Shown in pieces: positions 56,553 through 64,000 of a stretch of DNA of 64,000 nucleotides. The notes below the pieces were generated by a model. It was given only the letters and a program-made list of their open reading frames with translations, made no database searches and had not been told where the DNA came from. This DNA is from Candidatus Falkowbacteria bacterium (lineage in GTDB: Bacteria > Patescibacteriota > Patescibacteriia > XYB2-FULL-38-15). The stretch's first letter is position 1. Each line of letters starts with the position of its first letter. Location of the stretch: assembly GCA_037440105.1 (NCBI GenBank), contig JBBIUS010000001.1:28945-92944 (forward strand). The letters run 5' to 3'. The position numbers and the translations under genes were made by a program.

Positions 56553-56726
56553 ATGTCAAGAAGATGCAGTATCTGCGATAAAGGACCACTTAAATCAGCT
56601 TCGCGAAGCCACTCTAATATTAAAACAAAGAGGCGGCTTTATTTGAATTTACAAACTAAAAAAATTGATGGAAAAAAAATAAAAATTTGTGCTAAATGCC
56701 TTAAAACAATGAATAAGAAAAAATAA
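56553..56726 (+). CDS. rpmB: 50S ribosomal protein L28
   Basis: 57-codon ORF below the track cutoff, translated by hand: MSRRCSICDKGPLKSASRSHSNIKTKRRLYLNLQTKKIDGKKIKICAKCLKTMNKKK. Confidence 0.85.
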   Translation: MSRRCSICDKGPLKSASRSHSNIKTKRRLYLNLQTKKIDGKKIKICAKCLKTMNKKK

Positions 56727-56758
56727 GCGCCTTTACTTATTATATTTCAAAAAACGCA

Positions 56759-56786
56759 TCCCGCCAAATGGCGGGGTTTTTTGTTT
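56759..56786 (+). terminator. Intrinsic terminator after rpmB
   Basis: cccgcc-aaat-ggcggg followed by GTTTTTTGTTTT. Confidence 0.8.
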
Positions 56787-56827
56787 TAAAAATTCAACGC
56801 AAAAAGCAACTTGACCCCGCACTTTTT

Positions 56828-56899
56828 TCGGGGTACGGAGAATCGAACTCCGGACTCACCCACCCCAAGGGTGTGCGTTACCATTACGCTATACCCCGA
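56828..56899 (-). tRNA. tRNA-Pro (anticodon GGG)
   Basis: Minus strand: TCGGGGT..CACCC TTGGGGT GGGTG..CGGAG TTCGATT CTCCG TACCCCGA. Confidence 0.85.
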
Positions 56900-57140
56900 A
56901 AAAAATGCGGGCTAAAAAGAATGTCAACCTTCTACCGCGTCTTGGAAAAAACAGATTCGAAATATTTCTTCCTCCTAAATTATGGCTAATAAAAGATTTT
57001 AAAATATTATTTCTACAAACATCAAAAACTACTATCACGCTTCTTTTAATTAATTATCAGTTTGACTATTATAATCAAAAATTTATAAAGAAGCAATTGC
57101 TAAAAATATCTAGAATGTACTAGAAAGTGCCATTTTTTAA

Positions 57141-57176
57141 TAATAAAAGGGTCTAAACAAAATGCGTTTAGACCCC
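57141..57176 (-). terminator. Intrinsic terminator after the 56-aa sORF
   Basis: gggtctaaac-n7-gtttagaccc followed on the minus strand by TTTTATTATT. Confidence 0.75.
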
Positions 57177-57198
57177 TGCCGGGTTAGTGGCATTGGAA

Positions 57199-57369
57199 TT
57201 AGCAGCCAATTTTTCCTACGAAGCAGAAAAGAAAATGCGCTTCTTTTTCTTTTTCTCTTGGCTCTGGTAAAAATGAACCGCCGTTTTCATTCGTCTTAGA
57301 TGTTTTTCTGATTTTTTCTTCGCTCTCATGAGGCTGCTGTCCATTGTTTCCTCGGTCCTCCTTCTTCAT
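57199..57369 (-). CDS. Unannotated 56-aa hydrophilic sORF
   Basis: Hand translation: MKKEDRGNNGQQPHESEEKIRKTSKTNENGGSFLPEPREKEKEAHFLFCFVGKIGC. GGAAGGAGGG lies 5 nt before the ATG. It falls below the 60-aa ORF-track cutoff. Confidence 0.55.
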   Translation of the reverse strand: MKKEDRGNNGQQPHESEEKIRKTSKTNENGGSFLPEPREKEKEAHFLFCFVGKIGC

Positions 57370-57398
57370 TTTTCCCTCCTTCCAATAAAAAATGGCCT

Positions 57399-57434
57399 AA
57401 AAAACAAGACCGCTCCGGATTTCGTCGGAGCGGT
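57399..57434 (-). promoter_or_regulatory. Leader terminator hairpin with an upstream antiterminator partner (57468-57477)
   Basis: ACCGCTCCG-n8-CGGAGCGGT + CTTGTTTTTT. TCGGAACGGT upstream pairs 9/10 with the 5' arm. Confidence 0.6.
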
Positions 57435-57542
57435 TTTAAAATTTCAATTTATTTTATAAACTTAAAAACCGTTCCGACAATTTCGGAGCAAAAAAGAAAA
57501 ATAAAAAATATTGTTTTTTAATTTCCTGCATATTGCATCTCT

Positions 57543-57570
57543 ATAATAACAAAACTAATCTTTTTGTCAA
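57543..57570 (-). promoter_or_regulatory. Sigma-70-like promoter TTGACA-16-TATTAT
   Basis: The minus strand reads cTTGACAaaaagattagttttgtTATTATag. Confidence 0.6.
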
Positions 57571-57624
57571 GCACATTCAAATTTGCTGCTAAACCAAAAA
57601 ATCGTAAACCAAAAATCCTCTCTG

Positions 57625-58239
57625 CTATTCTTTTATCCCGTCTAAATTAACATCGTATAAAATCTGATCATGAATTAGTCTGTAACTTAAAATTTCTTCT
57701 TTTTTAAACCAAATAGCAATTTCTTTTTCTGCTTCCTCAACACTGCCTGAGGCATGAATTAAATTGCGGATTGCCCGACCATCTAAATCACTCATATCGT
57801 ATGAATCAATCGTAAAATCCCCTCGAATTGTCCCAACGTCAGAAGTTAATGGTTCTGTACCGCCAGTAATTTTTCGAACAATGCCAACTGCTTTATTCCC
57901 TTGCCAAATCATTGCTACTACTGGACCAGTAGTCATATATTTTTTAAGCCGCGCTAAAACTGCCCGACCACATTCTTCAGGTTTCTCAAAAGGCGGCTTT
58001 AATCCTTTGCTTTCATAAGAAGCAATCGACTTCTCACCAACTTTTCTTATCCACTCAGGATCAACTGTATAGTGTTTTTCTATCGTCCCTTCTGAGGGAA
58101 TAAGCATTTTTAGAGCCGTAAGCTTTAAACCCGTTCTTTCATACCGGCGAATAATCTCCCCAATTAAGGCGCGCTGCACGCCGTCTGGTTTTATAATAAC
58201 CAATGTTCTTTCCTTTTTTGGATGATTTGGATTGTTCAT
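57625..58239 (-). CDS. ndk: Nucleoside diphosphate kinase (long form, 204 aa)
   Basis: ERTLVIIKPDGVQR, active-site NLIHASGS. Confidence 0.92.
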   Translation of the reverse strand: MNNPNHPKKERTLVIIKPDGVQRALIGEIIRRYERTGLKLTALKMLIPSEGTIEKHYTVDPEWIRKVGEKSIASYESKGLKPPFEKPEECGRAVLARLKKYMTTGPVVAMIWQGNKAVGIVRKITGGTEPLTSDVGTIRGDFTIDSYDMSDLDGRAIRNLIHASGSVEEAEKEIAIWFKKEEILSYRLIHDQILYDVNLDGIKE

Positions 58240-58305
58240 AAAAAATTTATTAATTTTTAAAAATTATAACAAAATTGATGGAAAAAGGCAAAGAATAAAA
58301 AAATA

Positions 58306-58335
58306 AAATAAAAAACTGCGCATATTTGCGCAGTC
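58306..58335 (-). terminator. Intrinsic terminator after the 63-aa sORF
   Basis: ctgcgca-n4-tgcgcag followed on the minus strand by a T run. Confidence 0.75.
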
Positions 58336-58353
58336 CATTTTTTCTGGTGCACC

Positions 58354-58545
58354 CTACCTTATCTTTCTGATAATTCCCAAAATTCTTGCTGGTTCGCCAA
58401 AAGGATTAGTAAGAAATTCCTCATCATAATCATCCTGACTGACGGCCCTCTGATGCTTAAAATCAGGTTCTTCATGTTCTTCGCAGTGCCATTCTCCTCT
58501 CTCCCATTCTGGTCTTCCGCGAGGCGCACCTAATTTTTTCTCCAT
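58354..58545 (-). CDS. 63-aa acidic sORF
   Basis: ORF track: MEKKLGAPRGRPEWERGEWHCEEHEEPDFKHQRAVSQDDYDEEFLTNPFGEPARILGIIRKIR. AAAGGAGGG lies 5 nt before the ATG. Confidence 0.6.
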   Translation of the reverse strand: MEKKLGAPRGRPEWERGEWHCEEHEEPDFKHQRAVSQDDYDEEFLTNPFGEPARILGIIRKIR

Positions 58546-58579
58546 GATTCCCTCCTTTCAAAAAATTTTTCTTCTTAAA

Positions 58580-58608
58580 ACAAAAACTGACCGTTTTATA
58601 GCGGTCAG
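58580..58608 (-). promoter_or_regulatory. Leader terminator hairpin with an upstream antiterminator partner (58630-58641)
   Basis: CTGACCG-n8-CGGTCAG + TTTTTGTTTT. AGCGGTTAGTTC upstream pairs 12/12 (one G-U) with GAACTGACCGCT, which contains the terminator 5' arm. Confidence 0.6.
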
Positions 58609-58706
58609 TTCAATCATTAAAATAAAAATGAACTAACCGCTTTGGTCAGCAATAATGCAAATTAAAACTATGCTGTCTCTTTTTACTGTGGAAAACATAC
58701 GCTAGA

Positions 58707-58735
58707 ATAATAGCAAAAAATATTTTTAAAGTCAA
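58707..58735 (-). promoter_or_regulatory. Sigma-70-like promoter TTGACT-17-TATTAT
   Basis: The minus strand reads TTGACTttaaaaatattttttgcTATTAT. Confidence 0.6.
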
Positions 58736-58781
58736 ATCACTCAACCGAAATACCAAGAAAACCAAAAATTGGCTCCACTTA

Positions 58782-59717
58782 CTAATTGTTAATTATCAAT
58801 TTTTCTCCATTGCTTAAAATTTTTATATCGCCATTTTTATCTGTGCGCAAAATCTTTACTCCCATTTTTTCTAGCCGATTCACAACCGTCTGGCTCGGGT
58901 GACCGAACTTGTTTTTTGCCCCCACCATAATAACTGTGATTTTTGGCTGGACTTTATCCAAAAATTTATAGCTGGTTGCGTCTTTGCTCCCATGATGCGC
59001 CACTTTCAAAACATCAACTTTTAAATCAACGCCCTCGCTAATTAATTTTTCCTCCACCTCACTTTCAGCATCGCCGACAAATAAAAATGAGGTTCTGCCA
59101 AAAATTAATTTACTGACAATTGAGGTATTATTTAAATTTTCTACTCTTCTCTCTGCTAAATTTTCCAATGGGTAGAGAATTTCTAATTTTAAATTTTCAT
59201 CAAAATTAATAACCTGGCCAGCCTGAGCAATTTCAATTGGCATATTCTGCTTACTAATTTCTCTTAACCATTCCAAATATTCTGGCGTTGTATGTATCAC
59301 ACCGGTTGTTAAGATTTTTTTTACTTTATATCTTTTTAAGACCTCAACCAATCCGGTCAGATGATCAGCGTGAGGATGAGTTAGAATTACAAGATCGATT
59401 TCTCTTTCAAAAAATGGAAGGTTTCGGCCGAGTTTATAAATTATTTTATTATCCGGACCACCGTCAATCAAAATCTTTTGCTGCTTCGGCGTTTTAATCA
59501 AAATTGCGTCTCCCTGCCCAACGTTAAAAAAATTTACTTCTAAATTGCTCGCCTCTCCCCACGAATAAAAAAACGCTATACCAAATAAAAATAAAACAAC
59601 TGCAAATAAACTGCCTACCCTTAAGAAAAATTTACTAGTTTTGAATTTTGAATTATAATTTTGCATTTTGTATCTTGAATTTTGAATTTTTCCTCTGCCA
59701 CCAAATGAATCCGCCAA
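58782..59717 (-). CDS. comEC: ComEC C-terminal part: TM anchor + metallo-beta-lactamase domain (separate ORF)
   Basis: VGQGDAILI, HPHADHLTG, VAHHGS. The likely start is ATG 59666 (MQNYNSKF...) rather than 59717. Confidence 0.85.
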   Translation of the reverse strand: MADSFGGRGKIQNSRYKMQNYNSKFKTSKFFLRVGSLFAVVLFLFGIAFFYSWGEASNLEVNFFNVGQGDAILIKTPKQQKILIDGGPDNKIIYKLGRNLPFFEREIDLVILTHPHADHLTGLVEVLKRYKVKKILTTGVIHTTPEYLEWLREISKQNMPIEIAQAGQVINFDENLKLEILYPLENLAERRVENLNNTSIVSKLIFGRTSFLFVGDAESEVEEKLISEGVDLKVDVLKVAHHGSKDATSYKFLDKVQPKITVIMVGAKNKFGHPSQTVVNRLEKMGVKILRTDKNGDIKILSNGEKLIINN

Positions 59718-61188
59718 TAATTAAATAGGCTATTGTAAGTAATACCCAATGAATCTTTCCTATTTGAACAGAGGCCCAAGGAATTTTTGAAAAAAACTCT
59801 GCTACTTTAATAATATAACTTAAAAGAAACCATGCCAACCAACCTAAAATTTGACCTAGACCAAGAGAAAGCATGCCGCAAAATACAGCGATAAATCCCA
59901 CAGCCATAGTAGTTGGGATAATAAATAAAATCAAAACATTAGCCAAGGGCGCAACAAAAGAAAGCCGGCCAAAATTATACAAAATCAAAGGCAAGGTTAA
60001 GATAATGGCAGACATCGTCGTAATAAAAGAATCTTTAATGCCAAGCGTTTGCGGCAATTTTCTAAAATATCTCTCAAAAATAGGCGATAAAAATATCAAA
60101 CCAATTGTTGCAGCAAAAGATAGTTGGAAAGCAATATCAAAAACTAAAATCTTTGAATTAAAAATAAGCATTGAGGCTCCGGCAAAAAGCAAAGCATTTG
60201 TTACTCGGCTTAGTCGACCTTCTCGTTCAGCCAAAAGAACTAAACCACCCATGATTGCAGCCCGTACTACTGATGGCTGCGCGCCGGCGATAATAACAAA
60301 AAACAAAATGCCTAAAAGGGAAATCCAAAAAGATTTTTTACGAGCAATTCCAAAACCGCAAGTAAGTTTGGAAATCAGAAGGGCGAGAATCGTAATATTA
60401 TATCCGGAAATAGCAATAATGTGGGTTGTTCCAGTGGCATTAAATTTATCCATTAAATCTTGAGGGATGCCGCGCCTTGCTCCGTAAAGCAAGCCGCCTA
60501 AAAATGATGCTTGGGGTTCTGGTAAAATTCTCCCTACCACTGAAACAAATTTAGTTTTAGCAGATAAAAGCACGCTGATTAATTTATTCCCCAATCCGCT
60601 GCTTAAAAATTTAATCTCTGGCCAATAACACAAAGAGTAAATATTTTCTTTGGCTAAATATTTATCGTAAGCAAAATCGTTTACCGGCTCAGGTTTTTTA
60701 AGCTTACATTTTATTTTCAATTCATCGCCGTAACGGTACTCTGGATATAATTTAGTAATAACCAAAACATTGCCACTTACTTTGCTCCAATTATCCCCAA
60801 TTTTTAATTTTTCATTTTTAATTTTTAATTTAACGTGGTCTGCCCTTATGTCTGGTTCAGCATTTATTATTCCAATAAAAGTTACTTCACTTTCGTTATA
60901 AAAATGAATCTCGCTTTGATCGCCAGCAGGCAAATCAAAGTCGTACCTTAAAATTCCCAAAAATAAAAAAATCCCTCCCAGCCCAGCAATTACCCAAATT
61001 TTTTTAGACCAACCGAACAAAAGTGCTGCACAACCTCCCAAAAAAATTAAAAAACTTACAAAAAGTGGAAGAGAAAAATATGAACCTGCTCCCACGCCTA
61101 AAATAAAAAAGAGACAGGAGTAGAAAAATATTTTGGACTTTGTCACGAAAGGAAGTAACGCGTAACGGGTAACGCGTAACGCGTACAA
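59653..61188 (-). CDS. comEC: ComEC N-terminal part: DUF4131-like + competence channel domain (separate ORF)
   Basis: Multi-TM. ISGYNITIL, AGAQPSVVRAAIMG. The ORF-track N-terminus MYALRVTRYALLPF is encoded by repeat B, so the true start may be GTG 61146. Confidence 0.85.
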   Translation of the reverse strand: MYALRVTRYALLPFVTKSKIFFYSCLFFILGVGAGSYFSLPLFVSFLIFLGGCAALLFGWSKKIWVIAGLGGIFLFLGILRYDFDLPAGDQSEIHFYNESEVTFIGIINAEPDIRADHVKLKIKNEKLKIGDNWSKVSGNVLVITKLYPEYRYGDELKIKCKLKKPEPVNDFAYDKYLAKENIYSLCYWPEIKFLSSGLGNKLISVLLSAKTKFVSVVGRILPEPQASFLGGLLYGARRGIPQDLMDKFNATGTTHIIAISGYNITILALLISKLTCGFGIARKKSFWISLLGILFFVIIAGAQPSVVRAAIMGGLVLLAEREGRLSRVTNALLFAGASMLIFNSKILVFDIAFQLSFAATIGLIFLSPIFERYFRKLPQTLGIKDSFITTMSAIILTLPLILYNFGRLSFVAPLANVLILFIIPTTMAVGFIAVFCGMLSLGLGQILGWLAWFLLSYIIKVAEFFSKIPWASVQIGKIHWVLLTIAYLIIGGFIWWQRKNSKFKIQNAKL

Positions 61189-61240
61189 TTGATTTCAGAA
61201 ATTACTAGTTACTGGTTACTCGTTACTGGTTACTCGTTAC
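61155..61240. repeat. Word-hairpin spacer, family B, copy 2
   Basis: gtaacgcgtaacgggtaacgcgtaacgcgtac / aattgatttcagaaatta / ctagttactggttactcgttactggttactcgttac. It overlaps the last 6 codons of leuS (IVTSNQ*). Confidence 0.75.
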
Positions 61241-63736
61241 TATATTTATCAACCTCCCCTTTACAAAAATAACCTTCTTAATTTCCTTACCCTCAATCCA
61301 TTTTTTAACCTTCTTGCTCTCCATTGCAACTTTTTTCGCTTCCTCTTCGCTAATATCTGCTTTTACTCTAATTGTATCCCTCAACTTACCATTCACTTGC
61401 ACTACTAAATCAATTTCTTCTTCCGCAATCAATAACGGGTCATAAACCGGCCATTTTTCCAAAATAATACTTCCCTTGCGCCCTAATTTTTCCCACAGCT
61501 CTTCAGCAATATGCGGCGCAAAAGGTGAAAGAAGTTTTAAAAATGTTTCAAACTGCCCTATTGTAAATGCCTGCACACTCATTTCATTGGCTAAAATCAT
61601 CAAGGCAGAAATCGCAGTATTAAATTTAAAATTTTCAATGTCTTCTGTGACTTTCTTAATGGTCTTATGAAGCAGTCTATCTAATTTTGAATTTTTAATT
61701 GTAGTTTTTAATTTCTCTAATCCCCAAACACGCTCCAAGAATCTTCTCACACCAACAATCCCCTTCGTGCTCCAGGGTTTTACATCTTCAAAAGGTCCCA
61801 TAAACATTTCATAGAGCCTCATTGTGTCTGCACCATAAGTTTTAATCACGTCATCAGGATTAATAACGTTACCTCGCGACTTTGACATTTTTTGCCCATC
61901 TTCGCCTAAAATGATTCCTTGATTTCTTAATTTTATGAACGGCTCTTTAGTTGATACCAAACCTTCGTCATGCAAAACTTTATGCCAAAAACGAGCGTAA
62001 AGAAGGTGAAGCACAGCGTGCTCTGCTCCGCCAACATAGAAATCAACCGGCATCCAATATTTTTCTTTTTTCTTATCAAAAATTTCTTTCTTGTTTTTTG
62101 AGTCAAGATAGCGCAGATAATACCAGCACGAGCCAGCCCATTGCGGCATGGTGTTTGTCTCGCGTTTTGCTGGTCCGCCACAAGCAGGGCACTTTGTATT
62201 TACCCATTTTGAAATGGCCGCGAGAGGTGATTCACCTGTGCCAGTTGGTTTATATTCTTTAATATCGGGCAACCTCACTGGCAAATCTTTTTCCGGCACT
62301 GGCACCCAACCACACTTATCACATTTTGCAAGCGGAATGGGTTCGCCCCAATATCTTTGTCTTGAAAAAACCCAGTCACGCAGTTTATAATTTACTGCCT
62401 TTTTCGCTAATCCTTTTTTTGCCAGCCGTTCAGTAATTTTTTCTCTTGCTTCACTGCTCGACATGCCATTAAATTGACCAGAGTTAATTAAAATTCCTTC
62501 TCCTTCGTACGCCTTCTCTAATTCTAAATCTTTAATTTTTAATTTGTGTTTTTGGTTTTTGGTTTTTGGTTTTTGATTTTGTTCTGCCGGCTGTATAACT
62601 TCCACTACTGGCAAGCCATACTTTACAGCAAAATCGTAGTCTCTTTGATCATGAGCTGGAACAGCCATAATTGCACCTGTACCATAGTGGGGTAAAACAT
62701 AATCCGCAACCCAAATCGGAATTTCCGAACCATTGACTGGATTTACTGCTTTAATACCTTTCAGCTCTACGCCAGTTTTTTCTTTTGTTAATTCCGCTCT
62801 TTCCAAATCACTTTTCTCTTTTGCTTGTTCCACATACTTTTTCACTTCTTCTAAATTCTTAATTCTAGATTCTAGATTCTGCAATATGGGGTGTTCCGGC
62901 GCCACAACCATATAAGTCGCACCAAAAAGTGTGTCAGGCCGAGTGGTGAACACTTCCAGAATTGTCATCCCCGACTTGAGCCCCGTTTTCACGAGGCCGG
63001 ATCCAGTTTTCTGGATTCCCGCTTCCGCGGGAATGACATTAAAACGCACTAGCGCCCCCTCTGATCTTCCAATCCAATTCCTCTGCATTTCTTTAATCTG
63101 CTCCGGCCAATCCAAATCTTTTAAATCTTCTAACAATCTATCCGCATAAGCCGTGATTTTTAGCATCCACTGCCTCATGTCTTTTTTTGTCACTTTTGTT
63201 TTGCATCGCTCGCATTTGCCGTCCACCACTTCTTCATTTGCCAAGCCAGTTTTGCAGGAGGGACACCAATTGATTGGCACTACCGCTTCATATGCCAAAC
63301 CTCGTTTGAATAATTTCAAAAAAATCCACTGAGTCCATTTGTAATAATTTGGATCAGTGGTATTAACTTCGCGCGACCAGTCATAAGAAAAACCCAAACT
63401 TTTTATTTGTTGCCTTATTCTTTTAATATTTTTAGCGGTACTTATAGCCGGATGAACACCGGTTTTAATGGCATAATTCTCTGCTGGTAAACCAAAAGCG
63501 TCAAAACCCATTGGGTGTAAGACATTCCACCCTTCCATCCGCCGTTTTCTGGCAATAATATCAGTGGCTGTGTATCCTTCAGGGTGTCCAACATGTAGTC
63601 CTTCAGCAGATGGATAAGGAAACATATCTAAGACATAAAACTTTCTCTTTTTTGGGTCTTCTTTAACTTCAAAAAGTTTTTCCCGCTCCCAGTACCCCTG
63701 CCACTTTTTCTCTATAATTTTATGATTATAAGTCAT
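61223..63736 (-). CDS. leuS: Leucine--tRNA ligase
   Basis: HVGHPEGY (HIGH), CP1 editing domain ([20 protein letters not shown]), KMSKS, 837 aa. Confidence 0.97.
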   Translation of the reverse strand: MTYNHKIIEKKWQGYWEREKLFEVKEDPKKRKFYVLDMFPYPSAEGLHVGHPEGYTATDIIARKRRMEGWNVLHPMGFDAFGLPAENYAIKTGVHPAISTAKNIKRIRQQIKSLGFSYDWSREVNTTDPNYYKWTQWIFLKLFKRGLAYEAVVPINWCPSCKTGLANEEVVDGKCERCKTKVTKKDMRQWMLKITAYADRLLEDLKDLDWPEQIKEMQRNWIGRSEGALVRFNVIPAEAGIQKTGSGLVKTGLKSGMTILEVFTTRPDTLFGATYMVVAPEHPILQNLESRIKNLEEVKKYVEQAKEKSDLERAELTKEKTGVELKGIKAVNPVNGSEIPIWVADYVLPHYGTGAIMAVPAHDQRDYDFAVKYGLPVVEVIQPAEQNQKPKTKNQKHKLKIKDLELEKAYEGEGILINSGQFNGMSSSEAREKITERLAKKGLAKKAVNYKLRDWVFSRQRYWGEPIPLAKCDKCGWVPVPEKDLPVRLPDIKEYKPTGTGESPLAAISKWVNTKCPACGGPAKRETNTMPQWAGSCWYYLRYLDSKNKKEIFDKKKEKYWMPVDFYVGGAEHAVLHLLYARFWHKVLHDEGLVSTKEPFIKLRNQGIILGEDGQKMSKSRGNVINPDDVIKTYGADTMRLYEMFMGPFEDVKPWSTKGIVGVRRFLERVWGLEKLKTTIKNSKLDRLLHKTIKKVTEDIENFKFNTAISALMILANEMSVQAFTIGQFETFLKLLSPFAPHIAEELWEKLGRKGSIILEKWPVYDPLLIAEEEIDLVVQVNGKLRDTIRVKADISEEEAKKVAMESKKVKKWIEGKEIKKVIFVKGRLINIVTSNQ
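62964..63037. mobile_element. 74-nt GC-rich palindromic (MITE/REP-like) element inside leuS, read through in frame
   Basis: Terminal inverted repeats GTCATCCCCGAC / GCGGGAATGAC. Internal hairpins ttcccgc-ggaa-gcgggaa, ccag-aaaa-ctgg, cctcg-tgaaaa-cgggg. It encodes [23 protein letters not shown]. Confidence 0.6.
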
Positions 63737-63858
63737 ATTTTCTGCTTACCCCATACAAAGCCTCTGTTTGAACTTTCATTAAACACCAACGAGAGCCGAA
63801 GGCGCTTCCGCGAGATGATGTTTTGTTAACTGCTAATGTTGTCGGGCTTTGTGTGGGG

Positions 63859-63894
63859 CTACTTAGATTCAATTTTTTTATGATCGTATGTCAT
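63859..63894 (-). other. 11-codon uORF that copies the leuS N-terminus (MTYDHKKIESK*)
   Basis: atgacatacgatcataaaaaaattgaatctaagtag versus the leuS start atgacttataatcataaaattatagagaaaaagtgg, 26/36 identical by my position-by-position count. GGAAGGA lies upstream. Confidence 0.4.
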
Positions 63895-64000
63895 ATTACT
63901 CAATCCTTCCTAGATTAGGGTCTCGCGCTTTTTCCTCATCTTAGATTAAGGGGAGGTAAGGAGTAGTTACAATTACAAACCTAACTTTTATACCTCCTAA

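Noticed and set aside
63737-64000. T-box riboswitch upstream of leuS
   Set aside because: I could not find the conserved T-box sequence (GGGTGGTACCGCG-like), an AGAGA/GNTGGA-type Stem I distal motif, or a convincing specifier loop. The region is kept as an unclassified leader instead.

Overview
This is a low-GC (roughly mid-30s %) bacterial chromosomal segment that uses the standard code, since TGA serves as a stop (for example the rsh stop at 16846-16848). Gene content points to a reduced-genome Patescibacteria/CPR (Parcubacteria-like) organism. Supporting signs are an rpsE-rplO junction with no L30 gene, extended ribosomal proteins, a bacterial-type AspRS lacking the GAD domain, and large surface proteins anchored by a TrbC/VirB2-like pilin hairpin. 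Most of the window is housekeeping. It holds rpsL-rpsG-fusA-tuf and the S10/spc ribosomal cluster through secY (39.5-55.5 kb). It also holds four aminoacyl-tRNA synthetase genes (hisS, aspS, asnS, leuS) and lon. DNA maintenance and uptake are represented by parAB, scpAB, topA, dprA, recO, ruvX and a split comEC. Also present are der, pth, an rsh (RelA/SpoT) gene, lepB, an LCP protein, map, adk, ndk, rpmB and five canonical tRNAs. I saw no rRNA, CRISPR array, transposase or integrase. Six things deserve a second look. (1) tRNA-Val sits nested between two halves of a second tRNA-like gene and is closed by a 15-bp helix. (2) Two look-alike modules flank ndk, each with a consensus promoter, a terminator/antiterminator leader, a strong SD, a small acidic ORF and a terminator. 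(3) Short-word hairpin repeat families fill the intergenic spacers, and related hairpin or word tracts also lie in frame inside topA, rsh, leuS and pth. (4) A strand-inverted two-gene accessory insert (a WG-like repeat protein plus an unknown 401-aa protein) lies between asnS and recO. (5) The leuS leader carries a decoy copy of the leuS start. (6) An atypical initiator tRNA has a degenerate copy of its own 3' end 165 nt downstream. All calls come from reading the sequence and the ORF-track translations; no database search was possible.
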